A stretch of 64,000 nucleotides of DNA. Source: Octopus vulgaris. Taxonomy: Eukaryota. The stretch covers positions 133,486,001 to 133,550,000 of the forward strand of contig OX597816.1 in the NCBI GenBank assembly GCA_951406725.2, written 5' to 3'. The position numbers and the translations under genes are program-made. Position 1 is the first letter of the stretch. Each line of letters opens with the position of its first letter. Positions 40,300 through 53,940 of the stretch are shown here, piece after piece. The notes beneath the pieces were generated by a model, which ran no database searches, was not told the DNA's origin, and saw only the letters and a list, made by a program, of their open reading frames with translations.

Positions 40300-41620
40300 T
40301 GTTTTGCATCCTGTGTAATCATGTCCAAAATATGGCCTGAGGTTCTATATGTAAAATGTCTCTTGATTGACCATAGTCTCTGTAACATATGGACTGATCC
40401 CAGTAGAATGCTCTTCTGAACTGTGTTGCTTTTGGTGTTACTTGGGATGCAGTTAGGAAACCTATATGCTCCTATCTGCATGAGCCCTTGAGCTATGATC
40501 ACCAATATCATTTTAGTCCTCGTCCTGTTGATTTCAGCCATCAGCTTTTTTTGCACTTGGCTAGCTTCTTTGTGGAATTCGTTAAGATGTTTCTTTTGGA
40601 TACTATTGTTATGCTGATAAGTATGTGTCTCTTATCCTTCTTGTCTTTGTTAACGATGGTGGATTTGTTGGCTTCTATCTTTCTATTAGTGTGAATGAGC
40701 ATGTTCTAGAAGATGGTGATATCGCTTTTGTCAGTGACCATGTTCGACTACTAATTGTACAACTTCTTTGTTATGCCTGAAGATGTGTTCAGTGTCTACC
40801 AATTTCACAAGTCTACAAACACTGTAATTAAAGGTTTCTTTGTATCGTTCATTTATCCTGTATTGTAAGTCTGTCCTATCCTTGATGATGCATTTGTGAT
40901 AAATCCTTGTTTGTGAGACTTTGGTCTCAGCAGTGGTTGTTTTCGTTTTTAGTTCTGTTGTTGTCTTGGTATTTTTACTTCTGTTTGCAATGGCTAAAGT
41001 GACTATACTTGTGTTGGCTGATTTCTGTTAAGTTTATCATTCTTTGGAGTGGTGGTCTTCCTTGATCTTTGGGACTACTCACTGTTCTTCAATGGACATT
41101 TCCTTCTAGATTTCTCACTTCTGTTGGATACTTGCTGTCATCTGTGCTACTTTCTAATGTTTGTCTTCTTCCTGGACTCTGTCTGCTGGGTGTTGTACAT
41201 CAAGGGAGTTAGCAATGATGGCTTTTGTTTGTTCATCTTCACATGTAGTTTATGTCTTGTCTGGCTTATTGAAATTACGTCCCTCCATGTTCATGTTGGT
41301 GGATCAGAGTTCTTTCTAATCTAATTCTGAATGTACTTGCATTTCTGGTCTGTTAGTTTTTTGTTAGATGTGCTTTTCTTGTTTTCTCTTTTATAAGATG
41401 TTGTAGATAGCTGTAGACATTGGTACTAATGTTGAGCCCAATGAAACAATATATAATATATATAATATCCTTATTCTTTTCCCTACACCATTTCTTCATT
41501 GTTCCTTTCATCGAGTCTTTCAGTTGTACATAGAAGTCCCCTGTGAGGAATATCCTCAGCTGAGGGTTTCTATAGCACTTGGTGAGTAGAATTTGATCCA
41601 CAAGCAAACTTTTTCAATCC
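40300..41620 (-). mobile_element. Old degraded APE-type LINE remnant (probably RTE)
   Basis: IFLTGDF endonuclease-like motif in ORF 41353-41607 and purine-rich minus strand; no long ORF left. Confidence 0.4.
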
Positions 41621-42312
41621 CAGGCTACTCTCTCATTGGGAATTATAGTCTTTGTTTAACTACATAATTGATGCAATGCAATAATTTTAGTAGCCTGACA
41701 TATTAATGACTCATCCAACTGTAATTTTTATATATTTTGCTAATTTCCTTATTTGGTATGTGAAATGGAATGGTTGAATAGATAATAGAACTGAATTCCT
41801 AATTCATTGATTGACACACATCTTTCCTTGCTTGTATGGGTCTGACAAGACTTCTTGAGGCTATGGCTCCTTTTGTGACATCAGCTCTTACTACTGGGCA
41901 TTTTGTTTATGAAAGATATAAATAACATCACTTTACCATAAGCAGTGTCAGTGCAAACACACATAGAGACAAATGCACACACATGTATGCACATACATAT
42001 ACCTACATACACACACATGAATATACATGTATGTATATATATGCGTGTGTGTGTGTGTGTGTGTCTGTGTATATAAATAAAGTATATATATATATGTGTG
42101 TGTGTGTGTATAAAAGACAAAATAGAGTGAAAAAACTACAGAAGACTTGTGTTATATGGTTAAAGAATATATTTAAATCGTTATGTTAGAAAAATGTTAT
42201 AAAATTTTGCGTATAGTAACATAGTTTTTGGAGAAATAACCAGTTTCGTATTTTTTTTTCAAATTTTTCAAATTTCTTTACCTATATTGTGTCATGTCTT
42301 CTTTATGTTGTG

Positions 42313-42364
<52 letters not shown>

Positions 42365-42376
42365 TACATGTATATA

Positions 42377-42412
<36 letters not shown>

Positions 42413-42507
42413 TGTATGTATGTATGTATGTATATATATATATATATGTGTGTGTATATGTATATATATATATGTGTATATGTATATATATATGTGTATA
42501 CATATAC

Positions 42508-42556
<49 letters not shown>

Positions 42557-42627
42557 TAAAACACACACATGCACACACATATATATCACTAAATATATAA
42601 CTAACGTATTAATTCTGTTTCTTGCAG

Positions 42628-42720
42628 ACTTTCAAGTTGATGGAAACTCCCTCAGCTTTAAGTTGATTGAAAATAATGAAGAGAAAAGCTTTATATTCAA
42701 TGTTTCTGAAGATTACCCTG
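42628..42720 (+). CDS. Probable coding exon of an unidentified host gene ([31 protein letters not shown])
   Basis: CTAAC branch-like site, ttctgtttcttgcag acceptor, CTG|gtatgt donor; 93 nt, phase 1-1, open frame, non-repetitive sequence. Confidence 0.7.
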
Positions 42721-43166
42721 GTATGTATTCATAAACTTATTATTCAGTATCATGTTGTATAAGAGGAGTGTGCTATGTGAATAATTGATCAAATGAAACT
42801 TGATGCGGGAGAATAAAAATACTCTTCCCAAACAGGCATGTTGGTGTGGTTGAGAAGTTCACTTTACAAACCTTATGGTTTCTGGTTCTCTCCCACTGTG
42901 TAGCACCTTGAACAAGTGTCATCTGCAATAGCCTCAGGCTCCCCAATGCCTTGTGAGTGAAATTGACAGATAAAAACTATGTGGAAGTTTTTTGTGTATA
43001 TGTAAATATATGAATGGAAAACAGATGTTGAATGATGATGACAATGTCAGCGGCAGTGACAGCGGTGGCGACGATGATGATTGCGACGATGACAGTGATG
43101 ATGACAATGTATGTGTGTTTGTATGTATGTATATATGATGCATATATATATGTGTTTGTTTGTGTG

Positions 43167-43198
<32 letters not shown>

Positions 43199-43695
43199 CG
43201 TGTGTGTGTGTATATGGAGGTATATATATGTGTGTTAGTTTATGTCCTGTAACTTAGTGGTTCAATGGGCAGAGATCAAGGAGATAAGTATCAGACTTTA
43301 AAATGCTCCTGCATGGCCACAGTTCAATGACTGATGCAAGGAAAAGAGAACAACTCTGTATGAAATTATTGCTTTATGATAATATATCTTTCTCTCCCCT
43401 TTCATTAGTGTGTTTCCTAATGTTGAGGACAGGCCACATAAATTTTCATTATTTTCTATTTTATATCTGACATTTGGTGAACAATACCAGCATTAGTTAA
43501 CTATTTGCAACAGAGCAGTAACATTCATTGCCTTTTCAGTGGTGGGAATGACAATTCAGGTTGAATAAAGGTATCAAGCTATCTTTGTTGAACACCTTGG
43601 TTTATCAATTTTCTTATCAATGTGTACATCTTTTTTTTACTGATATACATTGTACACATACATACACACCACAACACACACACACACACGCACGC

Positions 43696-43759
<64 letters not shown>

Positions 43760-44069
43760 GAGAGAAAAAAAACAGGATCCGAGGAGACTGGCGTTAGCCT
43801 ATGTCAGTAAGACCTGTATTGTTTAGTATTTAATTAGCAAAAATCACCAAAATGAGTGTAGTGAATTTGCTGTAGGGAGTGGAAAATCCAAAGTTTCAAA
43901 CTAATTCCTTTTTCTAAGAAAAGTTGACAGGAGTGAAATTAAATAGTGAAATTAGTCTCATCCCTCTCAACTTTTCCTTGAAACTGGACTCAGTCTGAAA
44001 TGCTGGGATTTTCCACTTCCATTTCTCATGGCAAGCACTCTGTACACTTTATATATATATATATCATTA

Positions 44070-45750
44070 TCATCACCATTTAATGTCTGTTTTTCATTTT
44101 CCCATGTCGGCATGGGTAGGATGGTTTGATAGGAGCAGGAAAACTGGAAAGTTGCAACAGACTGCAGAGTCATCTGTTTTGGCATTTGTCTCTACAGCTG
44201 GATGCCCTTCCTAACAACAACCACTTTACAGAATGTATTTGCTACTCTTTGAACAGAGTGTACTGGCTCAATGTCTGTTTTGGCATTGTTTCTACAGCTG
44301 GATGCCCTCTCTAATGTCAATCATTTTACAGAGTGTGCTGGGTGCTATTACGCAGCATTGGCATGGATGTATTTACATGGCATAAGTATGGGTGCTTTTT
44401 ACATGGCACCAGCACTTATAAGCCTGCAAGATTAGGAATGCTCAGCTAGAGAGGGATGCAGGGGACAATCATGCAATGACAACCATGCTTTTACTTAGCT
44501 TGACATGTCTTTTCAAGCACAGTAAACCACCAAGAGTCTCAGTCCTCTGTCTTCTACTCTGTGAGTCCCAACATCTGTAGATCCTTTCTCATCATTTTGT
44601 CCCACGTCTTCCTGGGTCTACTCTGACATGTCCCCCCTGTGATTAGAGATAAGTGCCTCTTGATGCAACTGTCTTCATTCATGTGCATTATATGGCCATA
44701 ACAGCGCAACCTTCTCTCTTGCAAGCTACATCTGATACCATGTAAACCTAGTTTTTCTCTCAAATCACTTTCATTCTGTTGTATATGCACACTGACATTA
44801 CCCTTCCAGCAGAGCATACTGACTTCATTTCTTTCAAGTCTTCACATATCTTCAGTTGTCACAGCCCATGTCTCACTGCCACGTAGCATACAATTTGCCT
44901 TTCACTCTGAGGGAGAGACCCTTCATTACTAACGAAGGTAATAGCTCTCTGAACATTGTCCAGCATATTCTTATTTTCGCATCTATGCCTTCAGAACAAC
45001 CTTCCCCACTACTCACTTGGTCACCCAAGTGATGGAAACTTTCTACTACTTCTAAGGACACCACCTGATATTTGAGGGAGTCTATTTTTTGTACATTCCT
45101 GGTGTTTAATATACCTGCACATCTGCCACTTGTAAAAACTACTTTCTCTGTTAGTCTTCCAGTGATACCACTACACCTCTTATGTGTCCATAGCTTATGG
45201 AGTTTCTTCCAACACCTTTTCTACATATTGAACTGTTTTTCTACTTATTGATACATTGGTCTTTGATAAATTATCTCTAAGGCCCTTTGATTGCAGTCCA
45301 TGCTTCCATACCTGAAATTTCTTCTCTTGTTCATGTAGTGATTCAGCAATAAGAACAAGGTCATCAGCATATAGAAGCTCCCAAGAGCACCCAGTCTTAA
45401 ATTCCTCAGTTATAGACTGGAGGACCAGGATAAATAAAAGGGGGCTAAGAAATGAACACTGGTGGGCTCCTACTTGTACACTAAACTCCTTGCTATACTC
45501 ACTGGCAACTCTCACCTTACTAACAGCATCTCTGTACATTGCTTGTGCAGCTCTCACTAACCACTCATCTTTCCCTAGCTTCTGTATTGCTCACCAGCTA
45601 AGGGAGCTGGGGGCCCTACCAAAAGCTTTCTCCATGTCAACAAAAGCCAGATACAGAGGATACAAAGGTATTTCTCCTGCAGTTGCCTCATCAGGAAGGT
45701 AGCATCAATGGTGTTTCTACCTGGCACAAATCCAAACTGCATCTCATCTA
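44070..45750 (-). mobile_element. RTE-clade LINE, 3' 1.7 kb (RT, C-terminus and 3' tail); disrupted
   Basis: QFGFVPGRNTIDA, QVGAHQ, LLYADDLVLIAES, LEVVESFHHLGD, RRLRCYGHIMHM, RPRKTW. Confidence 0.92.
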
Positions 45751-45812
45751 TATATGTGTACATAAGTATGTATATGTGTATGTATGTGTGTGTGTATATA
45801 TATATGTATGTA

Positions 45813-45864
<52 letters not shown>

Positions 45865-45884
45865 CACACACACACATATATATT

Positions 45885-46192
45885 GAAGGAGCACTCCATC
45901 GGTTATGATGATGAAGGTCCCAGCTGATACAGTCAATGGAACAGCTTGCTTGTTAAATTTACGTGCAAGTAGCTGAGCACTCCACAGACATGTGTACCCT
46001 CAATGTAGTTCTCAAGGAGATTCAGCATGACACAGAGTGTGACAAGGCTGGCCCTTTGAAATACAGGTACTGCCTATTTTTACCAGCTGAGTGGACTGGA
46101 GCAACATAAAATAAAGTATCTTGCTTAAGAACACAAGTCATTAGGAACCTTATGATCGTCAGCCGAATGCCCTAACCACTAAACCATGCACC

Positions 46193-46196
<4 letters not shown>
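45885..46196 (-). mobile_element. tRNA-derived SINE, family D
   Basis: Reverse-orientation homologue of 46954-47278. Confidence 0.85.
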
Positions 46197-46230
<34 letters not shown>

Positions 46231-46598
46231 AAATAGAGATGTGTGTGTGTCCAAAGATTTCTTGAACTTTGTGGTGTCTGTCTCTGCTTTAATGTTTTGG
46301 TGTAATGTTAAAGAGAGCGGGTCCAATTGAGGTGAAATAATTGTGCCGTATTGTTGTTATGTGATGCGAATATGATTTTTGCTGTGGGCATATAGCACAG
46401 GGCTCAAGTCTTGGTTATATCTTAAAGGTGATGCCAACATACTTTGGTCAATGCTGGTGGAATATTTTCCACATCATGCAGATGTGCACAGTGGCCTTGG
46501 AGAGAATAAAGTTTGAGCTTTTCTAGTGTGTATATATACATACAGAGAGAGAGAGAGAGAGGGAGAGAGAGAGAGATACATATAAATACATATGTATA

Positions 46599-46657
<59 letters not shown>

Positions 46658-46794
46658 GTATTTACATATATACATAATATATATATATACATATATATAT
46701 ATATACTACACATATATATCTAAATATACACATACATATGTACATTCATATATACATACATACACATATATATATATGTATGTGTGTGTATATG

Positions 46795-46831
<37 letters not shown>

Positions 46832-46920
46832 CATATACACACACATAATATATATATATATGTGTATGTATGTATATATGAATGTACATATGTATGTGTA
46901 TATTTAGATATATATGTGTA

Positions 46921-46952
<32 letters not shown>

Positions 46953-46953
46953 T

Positions 46954-47278
46954 GTGAAGGTGCATGGCTTAGTGGTTAGGGCATTCGTCTAACAATTGTA
47001 AGGTCGTGAGTTCGATTCCCGGCAACGTGTTGTGTCCTTGAGCAAGACACTGTATTTTACATTGCTCCAGTCCACTCAGCTGGCAAAAATAAGTTGTACC
47101 TGTATTTCAAAGGGCCGGCCTTGTCACACTCTGTGTCATGCTGAATCTCCCTGAGAACTACTTGAGGGGTACATGTGTCTGTGGATTGCTCAGTCACTTG
47201 CACGTTAATTTCACGAGCAGGCTGTTCCATTGATCGTATCAGCTGGGACCCTCGTTGTAACCGACAGAGTGCTCCTTC
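46954..47278 (+). mobile_element. tRNA-derived SINE, family D
   Basis: A box TGGCTTAGTGG, B box GTTCGATTCC, central GTGTCCTTGAGCAAGACAC...GCTCCAGTCCACTCAGCTG domain. Confidence 0.88.
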
Positions 47279-47477
47279 ATATGTGTATGTATGTATAACT
47301 ATTAAAAAGGTTGCAAGACGCAATGAAAATTTTAGGAAAATAAAAATAAGGAAAAAAGTGGAAATTTTACCGGTGAGTGTGTTACATTATAAGGCACAAA
47401 AAGAAAATGACTCTCCCCAGAAACAACAGTATATATATATATATATATATACATACACACACATATATATATATATA

Positions 47478-47738
47478 ATTGAAGTGACAAAGGAATTGAT
47501 AATTGTTTTATGAAGTTTATTAGCTTCCAGCTGTTTCTGCTATAAGATGCAAAGGACTCACATTTGAGTGACTGAGTATCATTTTATTGCTTCATGACAG
47601 CTTCAAATGTGAAGTGCACTTCACATTTGAAGCTATATGTTGATTCTCAGGCACTGAACTATTGTATCTTACAGCAGTAACACCTGCCAGCTAATGAAAA
47701 TCGTAAGATAATGATTTATTCCCTTTGTCATCTCAATT
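47478..47738. repeat. Diverged fold-back with a perfect 36-bp central palindrome (47599-47634)
   Basis: AGCTTCAAATGTGAAGTG|CACTTCACATTTGAAGCT; the outer arms still align (TGACAAAGG...ATTAGCT...CTGCTATAAGAT). Confidence 0.8.
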
Positions 47739-47870
47739 TCTTATTTTTGCTCTGAAGCATATGTATATTGTAATTCTCACTCTAGGTTATTAATATTGCA
47801 ATGCCTTAGTGAAATATATATATATATATTTAAAAAAAGAGATGTGGAACACGAGTTGTGATATATAAAA

Positions 47871-48177
47871 AAAGGAAATGAAGAAAATGCTGACAAAATA
47901 ATTTAAGTAAGGGAGAGTGTATTTAATTAGGTGAAAGTTCTTTTTACCAGTTGCGCATTTGTTATGCTTATCAAAAGATAATTTGAGTAAGATAGAGTTC
48001 CTTTCTGATTGATTTTTTTCTCTTAATAAGAGAATAAAATCAATCAGAAAGAAACTCTATCTCACTCAAAATATCTTTTGATAAGCATAACAAATGCGCA
48101 ACTGGTAAAAAGAACTTTCACCTAATTAAATACACTCTCCCTTACTTAAGTTATTTTGTCAGCATTTTCTTCATTTC

Positions 48178-48181
<4 letters not shown>
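47871..48181. repeat. Near-perfect palindrome, about 155-bp arms, each with a degenerate hammerhead motif
   Basis: Centre TCTCTTA-A-TAAGAGA at about 48026; few mismatches; 48074-48113 reads TCTT-TTGATAA-GCAT aacaa ATGC-GCAA-CTG-GTA-AAAAGA. Confidence 0.92.
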
Positions 48182-48220
<39 letters not shown>

Positions 48221-48479
48221 TATATAAGCACCATACAAACATGGTTGATGCCAGTGCCCCCTGACTGGCTCCCATGCCAGTGGCACATAAAGGGCACCCA
48301 CTACACTCTCGGAGTGGTTGCCATTAGGAAGGGCATCCAGCTGTAGAAACCATGCCAGATCAGATTGAAGACTGGTGCAGCCTCCTGGCTTGCCAGTCCT
48401 CAGTCAAACTGTCCAATCTATGCCAGCATGGAAAACGGACGTTAAACGATGATGATGATGATGATATGTGTATATAAAG

Positions 48480-48513
<34 letters not shown>

Positions 48514-48564
48514 GGAAAAGAAGTCAAAATAGAAAATGCTAAAACAGTTTTACAAAAAACATTT

Positions 48565-48600
48565 CAGTACCGGTTTCAGTCATTGAGACTTTTTCAACTG
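48565..48600 (-). ncRNA. Degenerate minimal type I hammerhead motif in a pLTR-like fragment
   Basis: Minus strand CAG-TTGAAAA-AGTC tcaat GACT-GAAA-CCGG-TA-CTG: stems intact, core mutated from CTGAAGA. Confidence 0.55.
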
Positions 48601-48718
48601 TAAGTATGGAAAACAATTAAATTGAGGAAAATTAAAAGAAAAGTTTTTTAAAAGAATATTTGCATAGTGTTCAAATACGAGTGGCATTTTCCTTGTTTCT
48701 GCCTGTCTCTGTCTCTCT

Positions 48719-48758
<40 letters not shown>

Positions 48759-50209
48759 TGTAATGGGTTTCCATACATTTTCCTTCCCTAACAAAGTGTT
48801 ACTCAACTGATGGTAATAGTAGAAGACTCTAGCCTAAAGTGCCATGTAGTGGAATACAACTTGAAACCACATGGTTACAAAGCAAACTCTGCTGAGATTC
48901 AACACAGTTTCTATGTAACAAATTTCATACACAATGCATTAGCTCAGGCCCATGCTGGAAGCGATTTGCTTAATATGTGACACTGTGAGATTGAACTCAG
49001 AATTCCTTGGTTGCAAGGTGAACCTATACTCAGATAGTTCACAGGCATATTGCAGTTCTATAACTTGTGTTGAGTGTCTGTGTGTGTGTGTATGTATGTA
49101 TGTATGTATGTATGTATGTATGTATGTATGTATGTATGTATGTATGTATGTATGTATGCATGTATGTGTGTTTGTGTAACATGTGTGTGTATATTTAGTT
49201 ATCTTGTATTAATGCAAGATGAAAGGCTGTTGTAAAGTTTTTTTGTTTTCAGTTTATTTTCTTTTCGTTTTTATTGTTTTAAACCACTGACATCTGAAAC
49301 ATTCTACTTTCAACTTCTAATTATATTATATTTCCTTCAGGAATGTGTTTTAGCCATAGATTACAATCAGTCTTCCCTTAACATCAACATACAACATACT
49401 GGCTTATTTTATGTATTCATATATTTTTCATCGACTTTACTTTTATTTTCCCAATTTCTGTTTGTAAAATATTATCTTGGGCTATTGATATGTAACGAAA
49501 CAAACCTGACTTAATGAGTTAAGAAATATGTCTATACCAGTTAATTGAATGTTAAAGTAAAAAGCATATCAATACTGCTTCAGTCTTATGCCAAGTCAAA
49601 TGCAGCTCATCCAAATGCAATTCTTTTAAAGAAAATTGTAGCTGAATAGTTAAAAAGCTGAATGGCACCAGTTTATTAATAATAGAAAGTTGTTTGCAAA
49701 TGTGGAAAATTTTGTATGCCACAAAGAAAAAAGAATTCAACTCAGAGAGCATTTTTCTCTTTCAGACAAAAGATCCATCCTAAAATGTCAGTATTTTGGG
49801 ATGGACTCCATGGCATACAAACTTTTTCCAAATTTATGAATTTTACTGAATAATTTTTGCTGATGCAAATCATTGATAGCTTCCTTGGACTCTAAATATT
49901 TTATTATTAAATGAAGCCATAATTCAAATTAAGCCATTATCAAAATGTTATAGTTGTCCCCTCCTCATCTAACCACACACACACACACACACACTGCACA
50001 CACACAAACAAACAAACAAACCAATCAATAAATACAAAATAATCTTTTCAATGCTCATATCTAAATTTTCAGATATTAAATGTGAAAGTGTTAAAAAATA
50101 TAATAATTTCTCTAAATGTCAGGCAATAAAAACTGAGAACAACATTGAACTATGAAAGTAAACCTAGTTTCAGTCTATTGTACACAATCTGAATTTATGT
50201 CTTAACCTT

Positions 50210-50440
50210 TTAACCCCTTTGCTATTATAATCTTACAGAAATAAGCTGCTTTTGTTTCAATTAATTTTGAAAATTTTAAAGAATTTAGTAAAATAACTTT
50301 GTCATTATTAATCTGATGTTTCAAATATAATTTAACATGAAATTTTGAAGGAAGGTTTCAATTTAGACAACTTTAAAACAGGAAGTTTACATCATAGAAC
50401 CAGGGCTGGTCTCAGTTGAGTTAGTGTCAAGAAGGTTAAG
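50210..50440. mobile_element. TTAA-flanked MITE, second family
   Basis: TTAA-CCCCTTTG ... CAAGAAGG-TTAA; related copy at about 20140-20306. Confidence 0.55.
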
Positions 50441-51519
50441 ATCAAGCTCTTTAAAATCAACATCTACTTACATGTATCCAATTCTACCATTCCACATTTT
50501 TTTTTCTGGCAAGAACACATCAAGTTTCAGTCCCACTCCCTCTTTCTCTGGATTGAATTCAAACATAAACAACAAAATGTCATTCTATTTAAATCCAGTA
50601 ATTAAACAACTGAGGGTCATTGATTTATTGATTTCTCATCTTGTGACTACTTATGCCCTAATTCATAGAGGATATTTTAGTCTAGATTTATATGCATGTT
50701 GCCTGCATCTGAGATTTATCTTGTATAGAAATGCAAAGGTTTCTTCACTAGGGCACCATCATAGCTTTCTTTGGTGACTATCGAATGACATCTCTTTTCC
50801 TTTATAGCAATGTGCTTTGTTCATTTGAACTCAGATTTAATCTCTACTGCATGATAATGGTTTTAAATTTTAGCTCAAGGCCACCAATTTTAGTGGGAAG
50901 GAATTAATCAATTACATCAACTCCTGTGCTCTCAACTGGTAGTTTTTTTTTTCAACTCCTGAAAGAATGAAAGGCAAAGTCAACTTTGGTGGATTTGATC
51001 TTAAAACATAAAGAACCGAAAAAAATACTGCTAAGCGTTTTTTCCAATGTGTTAACACTACTGACAGCTCCCCACCATTCTACACAGCATGGTAATAAAA
51101 GCTTGTCAGTTATGCAGTGCTTTTGATTTAGCCAACTTTAGTTCACACAAAGAAGACCAAATGTAACTTAGACAACAATTTTTGCGGATGCCAACATAGA
51201 AAGACTACATTTATGGCATAGCTGCTTATAATACCAAAATAATGAGATGAGGGAAGAAAAAGAGAACAGCAATAATATTTTCAAAAATCTATCCATGATT
51301 ACTTATTTGGTGGGAAAATCTATATCTATTTTAAAAATAATCATTAATTGGATCTACATTTTAGTGGATGGATCTTTAGTTTAGTGTATGACTGCCATGT
51401 TATCATGTTATTATATAAATCTCACTCATGCAAAAAAAAAAAATGCATACATTTTTATGATGAACTATAACTATTCAGTTCTCTGTCTGTCTGTCTGTCT
51501 GTCTCTCTGTCTCTCTCTG

Positions 51520-51588
<69 letters not shown>

Positions 51589-51627
51589 CAATTCTTTCTT
51601 AAACAACTAAACCTCTTATATTTCCAG

Positions 51628-51717
51628 ATAACTGCATTTTATCCAGCCTAAATGATGGCACTTTCCGGCCAGTTTCTTGTCGTGTCCTCAAACTTCTGGA
51701 TGCCCTTGTCCATAAAG
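51628..51717 (+). CDS. Candidate coding exon (DNCILSSLNDGTFRPVSCRVLKLLDALVHK)
   Basis: CTAAAC branch-like site, tatttccag acceptor, 90-nt phase 1-1 open frame continuing the 42628 exon; donor AAG|gtttac is weak. Confidence 0.5.
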
Positions 51718-53065
51718 GTTACACCTATTATCTATAAACAGCAAATAAACAAAGTCCCATGACATAAAAAAAAAGTTTCTTTGATGTAAAAAGTTTATCT
51801 AGCTTCTAATTTCACTTCACTGTGTGCCTCTATATTCACTTCTTTTCTTTCTAAATCAGAATAATGCACAGCCCAATAGTTACATTATCATTTTTTAAAA
51901 ACAGAACAAATCTATAATCTTTTAAAGGTTTCATTTTAATTAATATCATCAGGTTTGCTTTATTTACTAACTTCATGCAAAGAAATCTTACTGTTAAAGA
52001 TACCTATGAGATCAACATTCTAAATATACATTTTTACATAACTGCTCCATGTAACAATTCTATATGCTTTCATCATCCACACCTGAGCCACTAACAACAT
52101 TTATTTGGGGTGAGTAAAGATTCACTATTAGTGATGGAAACAGTATTGGTTCTCATTAAATAATATATACAGAATGGTATTCTGAACTAACATTAGTATG
52201 TTATACATAAATACACACACACATGCACACACAAACAAGCATGCATGTGCACGCACACACGCACACGTATATTGAATCACCAGGTACTTTCATTATATGT
52301 GTCTGTGGTTCTCACATTTGTAATATACAATTGTAATATCTAGATTCTTGATACATAGTTCTCTAAGTGTAAATTTTTGATATCTTTTATATATTGAGTA
52401 CCCATTATGATTTGGATACTCAATATGATGGCTAAAACAAACTGAAGCAAATTAAAAAACAAAAAACACTTGGATTTGAGATACTAGCAGCAGCTATACT
52501 CTTGATTTATATAATAAATGGTTGTGTATAAGATAAATACATTATAATGACATCTTGCTAATATATTTATTTATCTCCATATTTCAAGATATCCTATGGC
52601 TATAGAGTATAAAATTTATAAAATTTTTTTTTTAATCAAATGATAAGTGATAATAACTTGATATTGATAATAAAATTACTTGTTTTAAAAGGAAAAAATA
52701 AAACAAAAAAAAAACTAAAGAACTAAAAAGAACTAAATATTTCTCTTGAATTATGTTGTTTTCTTCAACACCAGAATGTAGAAAGTGAAGTTGGCAAAAT
52801 TGTAATGATTCTCTTTCTAATTAGCACTCTTTGTCAACTTACAAATCTCTTATCACGGCTGTTAGTAAATAGAGTTTCTTGTTACATAAAAACATAAAAA
52901 CATAACTTCCAAGGACCGAGCTTATTTAATTGTTAGCCCAAAGGAAACTGATATAATAAAGATAACTATTTGATATTTTTATATATTTTTTATATATTTT
53001 TAAACAAAATTAGAATATTATATCAGATGTAGATTAGAATGCTTATATACATACATACATACATA

Positions 53066-53152
53066 CAATGAAAGAGCCTTGGATCTAGGTTAGAAACCGG
53101 TTCTTTCTCTATTGACAAGAAGTCTTGAAATAAACAAATAGAATAATGATAT
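53066..53152 (+). mobile_element. Penelope-like 3' end fragment with half a hammerhead
   Basis: AGCCT tggatct AGGTT-A-GAAACCGGTT then AATAAA, between (TACA)n tracts; the CUGANGA half is missing. Confidence 0.4.
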
Positions 53153-53448
53153 ACACACATACATCATACATACATACATACATACATACATACATACATA
53201 CATACATACATACATACATACATACATGCATATATAATTTTTATTGAAACTGAAGCTGTGAGTTTGAGAGCTTGTCTCCCCATTACAATCTTCCACTGAA
53301 AATCATTTCCTCTACAATATGTATTGAGCTCTCCTCTCTCATTTGTCTGACTTAACCCAACATATATATTATGCATATTTGCATACATATACATATAATT
53401 TTTATTATATAATTATATATAAATTATACATACATACATACATGTGTG

Positions 53449-53940
53449 TGTAAGTTGTCTAAGAGTCCATAAGCCAGGAAAAATGCACTTAAATATCTGT
53501 CAATAGAGTCTGTCAATATCATCCAAAGTGTACAGTATTATATATCCATTACAGCCGCTCTTACCAATCAGTTTCACGCTAGGGATTCAATGGAGTGTTA
53601 GGTAACAATCCAATTATGTAGTCCTGCGCTCATCAGCGGTAGCCAATGTGGAATAAAATATGGTGACTGCTCTCTATTGTTGGAAATGAATAGACACATT
53701 TGGTTTGCAGTTGCTGTGAAAAAGATGATGAAACAAAATGAGTAGGGACTTGAATTAACTCTTAACTCAATCCTCTACTTGTTTCGCTACATCATCTTTT
53801 TCACAGTAATTGCAAACTGGATGTATCTATTCTCCTCCAACAATACAGAGCAGTCACCATATTTCATTCCGTATCGGCTACTTCTAATGAGTACAGGGTT
53901 ATATAATTGGATTGTTACCTAACACTCTGGTGAACCCCTG
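53449..53940. mobile_element. Inverted pair of hammerhead-bearing pLTR/retrozyme-like units (left arm complete, right arm truncated)
   Basis: About 53581-53755 pairs with about 53762-53939; hammerhead on the minus strand at 53551-53645. Confidence 0.8.
53551..53645 (-). ncRNA. Type I hammerhead motif with extended stem II
   Basis: CTGATGA-GCGCAGG...CCTAGCGT-GAAA-CTGATTG-GTA: intact core, paired stem II and III; stem I is imperfect. Confidence 0.7.

Noticed and set aside
46954-47030. tRNA gene
   Set aside because: The tRNA-like head continues into a SINE body present in several copies; no proper acceptor stem or terminator.
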